Assembly (NCBI GenBank): GCA_965203855.1
Contig: CBDBDN010000009.1
Coordinates: 180,208-244,207, forward strand
Direction of reading: 5' to 3'
DNA length: 64,000 nt
Origin: Dehalococcoidia bacterium
Lineage (GTDB): Bacteria > Chloroflexota > Dehalococcoidia > Lucifugimonadales > UBA3495
Shown in pieces: positions 54,901 to 63,603 of this stretch; position 1 is the first letter of the stretch, and each line of letters opens with the position of its first letter. The position numbers were made by a program, and so were the translations under genes. The notes beneath the pieces are model-generated. The model was given only the letters and a program-made list of their open reading frames with translations. It made no database searches and was not told where the DNA came from.

Positions 54901-55089
54901 TCAGTCATAGAATACGAAAAACGGCACGCAAGCGCCGATGAGGATCCAGCTCACTACCCCAACCAGTATGGTGGGGATCCATCTTTTGGACAGCAGCCAG
55001 ACCAGCAGCGCCAGCGGCCCCAGCACGAAAAAGATGAAAACCGCGACGACGCAGCCTTCGCAGCCGGTTGGCCCCCGGTCTTGCGCCAT
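54901..55089 (-). CDS. small two-helix membrane protein (62 aa) inside the dehydrogenase operon
   Basis: AAGAGG lies 9 nt upstream of the ATG. Two hydrophobic helices. Sits in the 241-nt gap between E1-beta and E2. Confidence 0.4.
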   Translation of the reverse strand: MAQDRGPTGCEGCVVAVFIFFVLGPLALLVWLLSKRWIPTILVGVVSWILIGACVPFFVFYD

Positions 55090-55100
55090 AGTGGAGCCTC

Positions 55101-56087
55101 TTACCGGGAGCCATTGACCAATTGGCGGGCGGCGGCGGCTACGCTTGCGGCGTTGGGTATGGCCGCCTGCTCCAGGGGGAACGAGTAGGGGATTGGCACT
55201 TCGGCGCCGGCTACCCGCGCTACGGGGGCGTCCAGGTAGTCAAAAGCGTCCTCCTGGATTTGGGATACCAGCTCGCCGGCGAACCCGCCCAGCCGGGAGG
55301 TTTCCTCGACTACCAGGGCGCGGTGCGTCTTTTTTACGGAGTCGACTACGGTGGCGCTGTCCAGAGGGCGCAGCGTCCGCAGGTCAATTACATCGGCGGT
55401 GATGCCCTCTTGGGCCAGGAGGTCGGCGGCCTGCTCGGCGACCAGGGCCATGCGGGAGTAGCCGCAGAGGGTAATATCTTGGCCGGCGCGGCGGACTGCG
55501 GCCTGGCCGATGGGGATGCGGAGATCGGCGTTTTCCGGGGCATCGCCGCGGGTGCCGTAGAGCAGGATATGCTCTACGAACAGGACGGGGTCGTTGAGCT
55601 CCCGGCAGGATCGGAACAGTCCGATAACATCCTGGGGCGTGGCCGGGGTTACTACGGTCAGGCCGGGGACGGAGGCGTACCAGCCCTCAAAGGATTGGGA
55701 GTGGGTTGCGCCGACGGAGGCGCCGGCGCCGGTAACTGTACGGATAATCAGCGGAATGGTGAACTGCCCGCCGGACATATAGCGTATTTTGGCGGCGTGG
55801 TTCACAATCTGGTCCATAGCGAGCAGGCTGAAGTTGATGGTCATCAGCTCGACAACGGGACGCAGGCCGACCATGGCGGCGCCGACGCCGGCGCCGACGA
55901 TGACGGACTCGGCCAGCGGCGAGTCCTTGATGCGGCGGGATCCGTACTGTTCCCAGAAGCCCTTGGTAACGGCGAAGGCGCCGCCGTAGGGGCCGATGTC
56001 CTCGCCCATCAGAAAGATGCGCTGGTCCTCGTCCAGGGCCTCGCGCAGTACGGATGACACGGCGTCCCGGTAGGTGATTACCGACAT
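55101..56087 (-). CDS. 2-oxoacid dehydrogenase E1 component, beta subunit
   Basis: Typical transketolase-like pyrimidine-binding and C-terminal domains (FLMGEDIGPYGGAF...). Confidence 0.9.
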   Translation of the reverse strand: MSVITYRDAVSSVLREALDEDQRIFLMGEDIGPYGGAFAVTKGFWEQYGSRRIKDSPLAESVIVGAGVGAAMVGLRPVVELMTINFSLLAMDQIVNHAAKIRYMSGGQFTIPLIIRTVTGAGASVGATHSQSFEGWYASVPGLTVVTPATPQDVIGLFRSCRELNDPVLFVEHILLYGTRGDAPENADLRIPIGQAAVRRAGQDITLCGYSRMALVAEQAADLLAQEGITADVIDLRTLRPLDSATVVDSVKKTHRALVVEETSRLGGFAGELVSQIQEDAFDYLDAPVARVAGAEVPIPYSFPLEQAAIPNAASVAAAARQLVNGSR

Positions 56088-56162
56088 AGTGGCTGGTTTC
56101 TCCTGGCAGCGTGGGCGGCGGCGTGGGCCGATACCGTTGGCGTGGGGTTACACTGGCGCGGG

Positions 56163-57173
56163 TTATAGCGGGATGCCTTCGGTGGGTCGGTCGGCATAGA
56201 CGTCGGCGTAAAGGGCGGCGGGTTCCGGCCAGGGGGAGTTTTCAGCGAAGTCGGCGGCGATTCGGATTTCCGCGTCGATGCCGGCGTCAATTTCCTCAAA
56301 ATCCTCCACTGTGGCCAGGGCTTCCGCGGTAAGCCATTCGCGGAAACGGGGTATGGGATCCCGCGCCGTCCAGTACTCCACTTCGGCATCGGGGCGGTAA
56401 TCGGCCGGGTCGGCGACGGAATGCCCGCGCAGGCGGTAGGTTTTGGCGACGATAAACACGGGGCCGCTGCCGGAACGCACTTCGGAGTTGACGCGCTGCA
56501 TCAGCTCGCGCACTGCAAGGACGTCGTTGCCGTCCACTTCGTAGTTGGTCATATCAAAAGCGTCGGCCATTTCGTGCATGGAATCCCACAGGGCGAGGGT
56601 TTCCTGCGATGATGCGCCCATACCGTACAGGTTATGTTCGCAGAAAAAGATGACGGGGAGTTTCCAGATGGCCGCCAGGTTCATGGCTTCGTGAAATTCG
56701 CCTTCGTTGACGGCGCCGTCGCCAAAGAAGCAGAGGACAACCTGGTCGCCGCCGCGGTACTGCACGGCGAGGGCGATGCCGGCGGCGATGGGAAGCTGGC
56801 CGCCGACGATGGCATAGCCGCCCATAAAGTTGAGTTCGGAGCTGAACAGATGCATGGAGCCGCCCTTGCCCTGGCTGCATCCGGTAGCCTTGCCCATCAG
56901 TTCGGCCATGGCCGCGTTGCTGGTCATGCCTCGGGCCAGGGCCTGGCCGTGGTCGCGGTAGTGGGTAACGATGTAGTCGTCCGGGCGGAGGGTATTGATG
57001 GCGCCGACGGCGATGGCTTCCTCTCCGTTATAGACATGGAGAAAGCCTTTGATGTTGCCCCGCGTGTACTGCCGCTCCGATTCACGCTCAAATTCGCGGA
57101 TGAGCTTCATCTGCCGGTAGAACTCCAGCAGGTCGGTTTTGGCCAGGCCGGAAACTGCCGTTGCGTTGAGCAT
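56163..57173 (-). CDS. 2-oxoacid dehydrogenase E1 component, alpha subunit
   Basis: Start at ATG 57173 (MLNATAV...). TPP motif GDGAVNEGEFHEAMNLAA. Confidence 0.9.
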   Translation of the reverse strand: MLNATAVSGLAKTDLLEFYRQMKLIREFERESERQYTRGNIKGFLHVYNGEEAIAVGAINTLRPDDYIVTHYRDHGQALARGMTSNAAMAELMGKATGCSQGKGGSMHLFSSELNFMGGYAIVGGQLPIAAGIALAVQYRGGDQVVLCFFGDGAVNEGEFHEAMNLAAIWKLPVIFFCEHNLYGMGASSQETLALWDSMHEMADAFDMTNYEVDGNDVLAVRELMQRVNSEVRSGSGPVFIVAKTYRLRGHSVADPADYRPDAEVEYWTARDPIPRFREWLTAEALATVEDFEEIDAGIDAEIRIAADFAENSPWPEPAALYADVYADRPTEGIPL

Positions 57174-57306
57174 ATTCTGTTCGTCTCCAATGGAAAAATC
57201 GGGCGGCGGGGAGCGTGGGCAATCGGGCGATGCGGGGCAGAATCCGGCGGACGGCCGGTGAATGCCGGCCAATCATCCTGGTCGATTCGCTACGCCGGTC
57301 AAATCC

Positions 57307-58743
57307 CTACATATGAATGACGCGGCCATCGGCGTCCAGCGCGGCTTCGTGCAGCATTTCGGCGATAGTGGGGTGGGCGTGAACGGCCCAGCCCAGCTCC
57401 AGGGTAGTGCCTTCCAGGAGCTTGGTCATTGAGAGTTCGCCGAGCAGTTCGGTTACTTCGGGGCCGCAGAGATGGCCGCCCAAGATTTCGCCGTACCTGG
57501 CATCGATGACCAGCTTGACGAGGCCGTCGGTTTCGCCCATAGCTACGGCTTTGCCGCTGGCGGACACATTGAAGCGACCGATTTTCACCTCGTAGCCCTG
57601 CTCTAATGCCTGCGCCTCGGTCAATCCCATAGAGGCTACTTGCGGATGGCAGTAGGTGGCGCGGGGCATAAGGGAGTAGTCCAGCGGCTGGGTTTCCGCG
57701 CCGGCAATGGCTTCTACTGCGGTAATGCCCTGCGCCGAGGCGACGTGCGCCAAGGCCAGCTTGCCGGTAACGTCGCCGACGGCGTAGATGCCGGGGATGT
57801 TGGTGGCCATGCGGTCGTCAATGGCGATGTAGCCGCGGTCGGTGGCGACGCCGACGGTTTCCAGCCCGAGGTTTTCGGTGTTGGGCTGCACACCGACAGC
57901 AACCAGCACCTGGTCAAAGCGGGCGGTATCCGTCGCGCCGTCCTTTGTGATGGTGAGGGTAACGCCGGAGGCGTCGGGGCGGGCTGCGGTGACGCCGGCG
58001 CCGGCGCGTATTGTGATGCCGTCCCGCCCGAAAGCGCGTTCCAGCTGCTGGCTGATTTCGGCATCCTCGTTGGGCACCAGATGGGGCAGCAGTTCAATAA
58101 TCGTAACTTCGGCGCCGTACATCCGATAGATGTAAGCGAATTCTACGCCGATGGCGCCGCCGCCGATGATGGCAACGGAGCCGGGTACGGCATCGGATAC
58201 GATAGCTTCCCGGCTGGTAAGGATGCGGTTGCCATCTACCGGCAGGGGGGGGATGCTGCGGGGGCGGGCGCCGGTGGCGATGACGATGTTGCGGGCGTTG
58301 ATGCGCTCCGGCGTGCCTGCCGGCGGGGTTACTTGATGCGACGGGGTTACTGCATCCGGCGGCGTTATTTCAATGGATGTTGGAGAGACGATGCGGGCCG
58401 TGCCGGGGATGTGGTCAACATTGTTTTTGCGGAGGAGGTAGCCGATGCCGCGGGTCATCCGGTCAACTACCTGGCGGCTGCGGGATACGGCGACGGCGTA
58501 GTCGGCGTGAAAATTATCAAACCGCAGGCCGAACTGATCCGCGCGGCGCACATAGGAGACGATTTCGGCATTTTTGAGCAAGGCTTTGGAGGGGATGCAG
58601 CCCCAGTTCAGGCAGACGCCGCCCAGGGCTTCGCGCTCGATGACGCAGGCTTTGAGGCCGAGCTGTCCGGCGCGAATGGCGGCGACATAGCCGCCGGGCC
58701 CGCCGCCGATTACTGCTACATCATATGGGGAGTCGGCTGCCAT
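57307..58743 (-). CDS. lpd: dihydrolipoyl dehydrogenase (E3)
   Basis: GGGPGGYVAA FAD motif, redox-active GGVCLNWGCIPSK, C-terminal HAHPT interface motif. Confidence 0.9.
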   Translation of the reverse strand: MAADSPYDVAVIGGGPGGYVAAIRAGQLGLKACVIEREALGGVCLNWGCIPSKALLKNAEIVSYVRRADQFGLRFDNFHADYAVAVSRSRQVVDRMTRGIGYLLRKNNVDHIPGTARIVSPTSIEITPPDAVTPSHQVTPPAGTPERINARNIVIATGARPRSIPPLPVDGNRILTSREAIVSDAVPGSVAIIGGGAIGVEFAYIYRMYGAEVTIIELLPHLVPNEDAEISQQLERAFGRDGITIRAGAGVTAARPDASGVTLTITKDGATDTARFDQVLVAVGVQPNTENLGLETVGVATDRGYIAIDDRMATNIPGIYAVGDVTGKLALAHVASAQGITAVEAIAGAETQPLDYSLMPRATYCHPQVASMGLTEAQALEQGYEVKIGRFNVSASGKAVAMGETDGLVKLVIDARYGEILGGHLCGPEVTELLGELSMTKLLEGTTLELGWAVHAHPTIAEMLHEAALDADGRVIHM

Positions 58744-58958
58744 TTTATCGTTCCAACTTGCTGGTCCGGGGATGCTTTCGGGACGGGATCCGCCCCGGAG
58801 GGGTACACACTGGTTAGGGCATTATAGCGGCAGCGGGGCGGGGCGGCAAGTTGGCGGCGGCCTGGTGTAATTGACACGATTCGCCGGCAATTGATAACTT
58901 GTAACGGGGACCCGATACCCGGTCATCGGGATTTCGCATAACGGGATGAGGCACTGCA

Positions 58959-59174
58959 ATGAAAATCAAACTGAACCTGTGGCAGCAAATTGCAATCGGC
59001 GGGATTGCGCTGGTTCTGCTCACCGTTGTGGCAATGTGGCAAGCGCCGAACGTGTTCGCTGCCGCCCAAAAAGCGGGATGGCTGCCCGCAGCCATGTGGG
59101 GGTATTTAGCTATCGGGGGGCTACTCTCCGCCGGCATCGTTTATGGCGTATGGTGGCTGGGCGATAATGACTGA
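58959..59174 (+). CDS. small membrane protein (71 aa)
   Basis: Two hydrophobic helices. Overlaps the next ORF by 8 nt. Confidence 0.4.
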   Translation: MKIKLNLWQQIAIGGIALVLLTVVAMWQAPNVFAAAQKAGWLPAAMWGYLAIGGLLSAGIVYGVWWLGDND

Positions 59175-59475
59175 CATCCGTACTGGCCGGTTGCGGCGGT
59201 CTTACGAGCGGAACTTGGGCTATGCCAAATTCTGGATTGGGGTATCCGTCGCTTTTGCCGCCGCTTTTGCCGCATTCGCCGCCGAGAAAATTTGGGAAAT
59301 CTCCACGAATCCCGATGCTTACACGCCTAGAGACTGGAATCCGTTGCTGATAACAGCCTGGATTCTGACTATTGCCGCTCTCGCCTGCCTAGCATTGGCA
59401 ATGACATTCGTCATCGCGTACCACCGCGCTGATATTGCCCTTACCGAAATTGAGGAGGGCGGCGGCGGCGGCTGA
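59167..59475 (+). CDS. small membrane protein (102 aa) with a GGGGG tail
   Basis: ATG 59167. Two hydrophobic helices separated by a short loop. Confidence 0.4.
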   Translation: MTDIRTGRLRRSYERNLGYAKFWIGVSVAFAAAFAAFAAEKIWEISTNPDAYTPRDWNPLLITAWILTIAALACLALAMTFVIAYHRADIALTEIEEGGGGG

Positions 59476-59572
59476 CATTCCGGTTAGGCTGTGGAAAGGC
59501 GGGAACGGCGTTTGGCTGTTGCTGGCGTAGTGTGCTAGAATACTGCCAATCTGACAGGAGCTGCTGCGAATT

Positions 59573-59767
59573 ATGCGTATTGCCGGGCTTGGCCCCTTCG
59601 AACTGCTGATTATCCTGCTGGTCGTTCTGCTGATTTTCGGGGCGTCCCGTTTGCCGGGCGTGGGCTCCGCCTTGGGCAAGGGCATTCGCTCTTTCAAGAC
59701 TTCGGTAACCGGGGAGGATGAAAAACCGGGCGCAGAGCGCACTACGGAGGAAAAGCCGGGTTCGTGA
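59573..59767 (+). CDS. tatA: twin-arginine translocase TatA/E family protein
   Basis: GPFELLIILLVVLLIFGASRLP, the canonical TatA TM helix-hinge, followed by an amphipathic helix. Confidence 0.85.
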   Translation: MRIAGLGPFELLIILLVVLLIFGASRLPGVGSALGKGIRSFKTSVTGEDEKPGAERTTEEKPGS

Positions 59768-59801
59768 CCTGGCGGCGGCGGTCGGCAACATTTCGGTATT
59801 G

Positions 59802-59831
59802 GGGCGCAGTAACGCACTGCGCCCTTTATTA
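59802..59831 (+). terminator. intrinsic terminator after tatA
   Basis: GGGCGCAGT-AACGC-ACTGCGCCC followed by TTTATTA. Confidence 0.65.
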
Positions 59832-60797
59832 TTGCGTACCGGGCTCCGCATCAGCATCCGTATCCGCAAACGCCAAACGGCGGCGGCCGGCCAGGCGGGC
59901 GAGCAGGATCCCGATTTCGTACAGGACAATGAGCGGGCCGGCGACGATGGCCTGGTTGACCGGGTCGATGGTGGGGGTTATGGCGGCGGCGATTACGAAA
60001 GAGGCTACCAGCCAGAGGCGGCGGAAGCGGGCGAATCCGCGCGCGTTGACGATGCCTAGGGTTGCCAGTACATACATTACCAGCGGGGTCTCGAAGGAGA
60101 GGCCGAGCCAGAAGAGCAGGCGCACCATTATGTTGACCAGATTGCTGATGCGGATTAGGGGTTCGGCGATGTCGCTGCCGAAAGTCAGCAGGAAGCGCAG
60201 CGCCGGGGGTATCATTACGAAGTAGCCGAAGGCCATGCCGCCGATGAATGCCAGCAGGGCGGCGGGCAGGAAAGAGAAGAGGACTTTGCGCTCGCGCGGG
60301 GTCAGGCCCGGGGCGATGAAACGGATGGCGTTGTAGAGGATTACGGGGAGGGCCAGGACGAAGCCGCCCAGCAGGGACACGCGCACGGTGGCGCCCAGGA
60401 GTTCGGTTACTTCGGTATAGATGATGCGGAAGTCGTGGTCGGCGGCGACCTGCTGGGCCGGGAGTATCAGAAAGGCGAAGATGTCCGCGTAGAAGTAAAA
60501 GGAGACGGCTGACCCGACGAGTATGGCGCCGACGCAGGCTAGTATGCGGTTTCGGAGTTCCCGGAAGTGTTCGCGCAGGGGGAGTGGGGCGGCGGCGGGC
60601 GCAGCGGCTTGGGCTTGGCGGCGGCGCGCTTGCCAAGTTCGCCATCCGAGATAGAGGGCCAGGCCGATGACGATGACCGTCAGCGCGGCGACGGCGGCGG
60701 CAACCCAGTCGGGGGCATCCGCAAAGGGCGCCGGGGGCCAGCGCAATAATTCCTCAAACCATTCCAAAAGCCGTTCCAACAGCGACTGCGTTCTCAT
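59829..60797 (-). CDS. tatC: twin-arginine translocase subunit TatC with a roughly 75-aa N-terminal extension
   Basis: REHFRELRNRIL starts the conserved TatC core, followed by six TM segments. An extra hydrophobic helix sits in the first 75 aa. Confidence 0.85.
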   Translation of the reverse strand: MRTQSLLERLLEWFEELLRWPPAPFADAPDWVAAAVAALTVIVIGLALYLGWRTWQARRRQAQAAAPAAAPLPLREHFRELRNRILACVGAILVGSAVSFYFYADIFAFLILPAQQVAADHDFRIIYTEVTELLGATVRVSLLGGFVLALPVILYNAIRFIAPGLTPRERKVLFSFLPAALLAFIGGMAFGYFVMIPPALRFLLTFGSDIAEPLIRISNLVNIMVRLLFWLGLSFETPLVMYVLATLGIVNARGFARFRRLWLVASFVIAAAITPTIDPVNQAIVAGPLIVLYEIGILLARLAGRRRLAFADTDADAEPGTQ

Positions 60798-61250
60798 AGT
60801 CGGGTCAAATTGCCAAAACCGGGCGTCTATCCGATGGGAATGGATTCCGGCGTGCGCCGGAATGACGGGGTGGGGTGGGTGATTATTGCACGGGATGACG
60901 GGGTTATTATAATCGGGGCAAATTGCCGAACCGAGCGTCTATCCGATGGGAATGGATTCCGGCGTGCGCCGGAATGACGGGGGGATGGGTGATTATTGGA
61001 CGGAATGGCGGGGTTATTATAGTCGGGGCAAATTGCCTAACCGAGCGTCTATCCGATGGAATTGGATTCCGGCGTGCGCCGGAATGACGGGGTGGGGTGG
61101 GTGATTATTGCCCGGAATGGCGGGGTTATTATAATCGGGGCAAATTGCCGAACCGAGCGTCTATCCGATGGGAATGGATTCCGGCGTGCGCCGGAATGAC
61201 GGGGTGGGGTGGGTATTATTGGGCGGAATGATGGGGTGGGATGGGTGATT
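60798..61250. repeat. tandem array, four units of 110-113 bp, each carrying a REP-like hairpin
   Basis: Units start at about 60798, 60911, 61021 and 61133. Hairpins ATTCCGGC-GTGC-GCCGGAAT lie at 60844-60863, 60956-60975, 61066-61085 and 61178-61197. A degenerate G-rich tail runs to about 61340. Confidence 0.9.
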
Positions 61251-61354
61251 ATTGGTCGGGGTGACGGGTGGGATGGGTGGTTATTGCACGGATTGCCGGC
61301 GCATTGGGAATGGTTTTCGGCGTGGGGCGGAATTACTGGGGTATTGCTGATTGA

Positions 61355-61714
61355 CTAGTCGGCCGGTTTGGCGGGGCCGTCCGGGTTGTTTGGCGGTTTT
61401 GGCGGATTTTCCGGGCTGTCCTGCTGCTGGGACAGGTGGGGCGGCGTGTCCAGCGGAGTTTCCGGGGGGCGGCGTGGGGCATCGGGCGGCGGGACGGGTG
61501 CGTCGGCATTTTGACTGGGGGCGTCTGGCTGCCGGCTGCTGTTGGTATCGTTGAGCGACGCGGCATCCATTACTTCGGTAAAGGTGCGGCGGGCTTCGCG
61601 CATGATGCGGCCCAGGGTGCGCGCCGTTTCCATGGTCTTGCCCGGCCCCAGCGCGATGATTGCTACCAGAAAGATGACGGCAAGTTCCATCGTGCCAATG
61701 CCGAATATATTCAT
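61355..61714 (-). CDS. tatB: TatA/TatB family protein (TatB-like, Pro-rich tail)
   Basis: MNIFGIGTMELAVIFLVAIIALGPGK (TM helix plus GP hinge). ATG 61714 overlaps the upstream stop (ATGA). Confidence 0.7.
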   Translation of the reverse strand: MNIFGIGTMELAVIFLVAIIALGPGKTMETARTLGRIMREARRTFTEVMDAASLNDTNSSRQPDAPSQNADAPVPPPDAPRRPPETPLDTPPHLSQQQDSPENPPKPPNNPDGPAKPAD

Positions 61715-63603
61715 CGGGACGCGCTCCCGGCGTCCGGCGTGGGGCCGGTCGCTGTTGCGAAGGGGCAATTGACGGTGCAGCCCGGAGGAACGGCGGCGGC
61801 AGACAAGTCGGGGAGAGGGCAGCCGAGTTCGGCGAGCAGGTTGGTGATGCGGCACACGGGCAGGCCCATCACATTGGAATAGCAGCCGTGCGTCAAGCGC
61901 GCCGGGCGGAATTCGGCGTCCTGTATGGCGTAGGCGCCGGCCTTGTCCATAGGCGTACCGGAGGCGATGGACTGCTCCATTTCGGCGTCGGTAAAGTTTC
62001 GCATTACGACATCAGCGGACATGGCTTCGGTGAGGCAGCGTCCGGTTGCGGCGTCGTAGGCGGTGAGGCCGGTTATTACCTGGTGAGCGGCGCCGCGGAG
62101 TCGGGAGAGCATAGCGCGGGCATCGGCGGCGTCAACGGGCTTGGCGATGGCTTGTCCGTACAGGACTACCGTGCTGTCGGCGGCGATGTAGTAGCCGGCG
62201 GCGGCGGACTGCTGGGCGGCGGCGGCCAGGGCTTTGGCGCGGGAAAGCCGCCATACCATTTGCTCCGGGGATTCGCCGTCCTGCTGTTCCTCGGGGATGT
62301 GGGACGGCGCGACGGTGAAGTCTAACCCCAGCCCGGAGAGCAGTTCGCGGCGTCGGGGGGACGCCGACGCCAGGATGATGGCGGCGGCGGTTGGCTTGCG
62401 CGACAGGGCGGCGACGCACTCAATATGATAGGTTTGAGGGAACATATCTACGGGCTGGATCCATTCTATGCGATAGGCTTGGCAGAGGGTGCGTAAATCG
62501 CGGGCGAGGGATTCCGGGTTGCAGGATACATAGGCGATGCGCGCGGGGCGCATGGCCAAGATGGCGTTCAAGGCTGCGGGGTGGCAGCCGGCGCGGGAGG
62601 GATCCAGGACTACGGCGTCGGGGGGCGGGGTCATTTCGGGCAGTACATTTTCCACTTTGCCGGTGATGATGCTGGCGTTGGAGATGCCGTCCAGGTTAGT
62701 GGCGGCGTCGGCGATTGCGGCGGTGGATTCCTCAACGGCGATGATGCGCTTGGCGTCGGCGGCGAGGAGGGCGGCGAATACGCCGACGCCGGCGTAGGCG
62801 TCCAGCACGGTTTCGGAGCCGGTTAGTTGGAGGGCGTTTCGCACGAGGTCAACCAGCCGGGCGGCCTGCTTGATGTTGACCTGAAAGAAGGATGGGGATG
62901 CGACCCGGAAAGTGCGGCCGGCTACGGTTTCCTGGTAGGTTTTCTGTCCGCTGGCCGGGGCAAGGTCCGGGTTATCCAGGGTGGGCTGTATCAGGTAATC
63001 GCCGGTGGCCGAGGAGGCGCGGATGGAGAGCTGGGAGGTTTCGGCGCATTTTTCCTGCAACTGCTTTAGCAGGTGATTGATGCCGTCGTGCATGAGCATA
63101 CAGCGGTCAATGCGTATGAAACGGCGGCGCTCCCGGTGGACAAAGCCCAGCTCTCCGGTGGAACGCCAGATAGTGAAGCGGGCGTGGTTGCGGTATTCCA
63201 GCGGCTGGGGTGCGGGCAGAGTGGGGAGTACGGGGGCGCGGTGAAAGGAGCCGATGCGGGACATGGCGTCGCGGACGATGCCGGTTTTGGCGTCCAGCTG
63301 GGCGGGGTAGTCGAGGTGCTGCCATTGGCATCCGGTGCAGTGGCCGAAATAGGGGCAGGGGGGGCTGACGCGATGCGGGGATGGTTGCAGAACCTGGGTT
63401 ACCTGTGCGGCGAGGTATTTGCGTCGGGTGGCGATGATTTCGGCGATGACGGTTTCGCCGGGGATGCCGCCGAAAACGAAAACGTCGTGGCCGTCGTGGA
63501 CAGCCATAGCCTCGCCCAGGCGGCCCCAGGAATGGAGATAAAGTTGTACGGCGTCGCCCCGCTGCAAAGGGGGGGATGACGCGGGCGCAGCGATGTTGGT
63601 CAT
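61711..63603 (-). CDS. fusion protein: RlmD/RumA-type 23S rRNA (uracil-C5)-methyltransferase (aa 1-~402) plus Maf-like nucleoside triphosphate pyrophosphatase (aa ~405-630)
   Basis: TRAM-like N-terminus, Cys cluster CPYFGHCTGCQWQH, SAM motif VLDAYAGVGVFA, YVSCNP and TYHIECVAAL. Then IILASASPRRRELL and GAYAIQD, which are typical Maf motifs. Confidence 0.8.
   Translation of the reverse strand: MTNIAAPASSPPLQRGDAVQLYLHSWGRLGEAMAVHDGHDVFVFGGIPGETVIAEIIATRRKYLAAQVTQVLQPSPHRVSPPCPYFGHCTGCQWQHLDYPAQLDAKTGIVRDAMSRIGSFHRAPVLPTLPAPQPLEYRNHARFTIWRSTGELGFVHRERRRFIRIDRCMLMHDGINHLLKQLQEKCAETSQLSIRASSATGDYLIQPTLDNPDLAPASGQKTYQETVAGRTFRVASPSFFQVNIKQAARLVDLVRNALQLTGSETVLDAYAGVGVFAALLAADAKRIIAVEESTAAIADAATNLDGISNASIITGKVENVLPEMTPPPDAVVLDPSRAGCHPAALNAILAMRPARIAYVSCNPESLARDLRTLCQAYRIEWIQPVDMFPQTYHIECVAALSRKPTAAAIILASASPRRRELLSGLGLDFTVAPSHIPEEQQDGESPEQMVWRLSRAKALAAAAQQSAAAGYYIAADSTVVLYGQAIAKPVDAADARAMLSRLRGAAHQVITGLTAYDAATGRCLTEAMSADVVMRNFTDAEMEQSIASGTPMDKAGAYAIQDAEFRPARLTHGCYSNVMGLPVCRITNLLAELGCPLPDLSAAAVPPGCTVNCPFATATGPTPDAGSASR

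Noticed and set aside
60798-61340. Possibility that the regularly spaced repeats are a CRISPR array.
   Set aside because: The whole 110-113-bp unit is repeated, so there are no unique spacers between short repeats. The unit is much longer than a CRISPR repeat, and no cas genes are present in the window.
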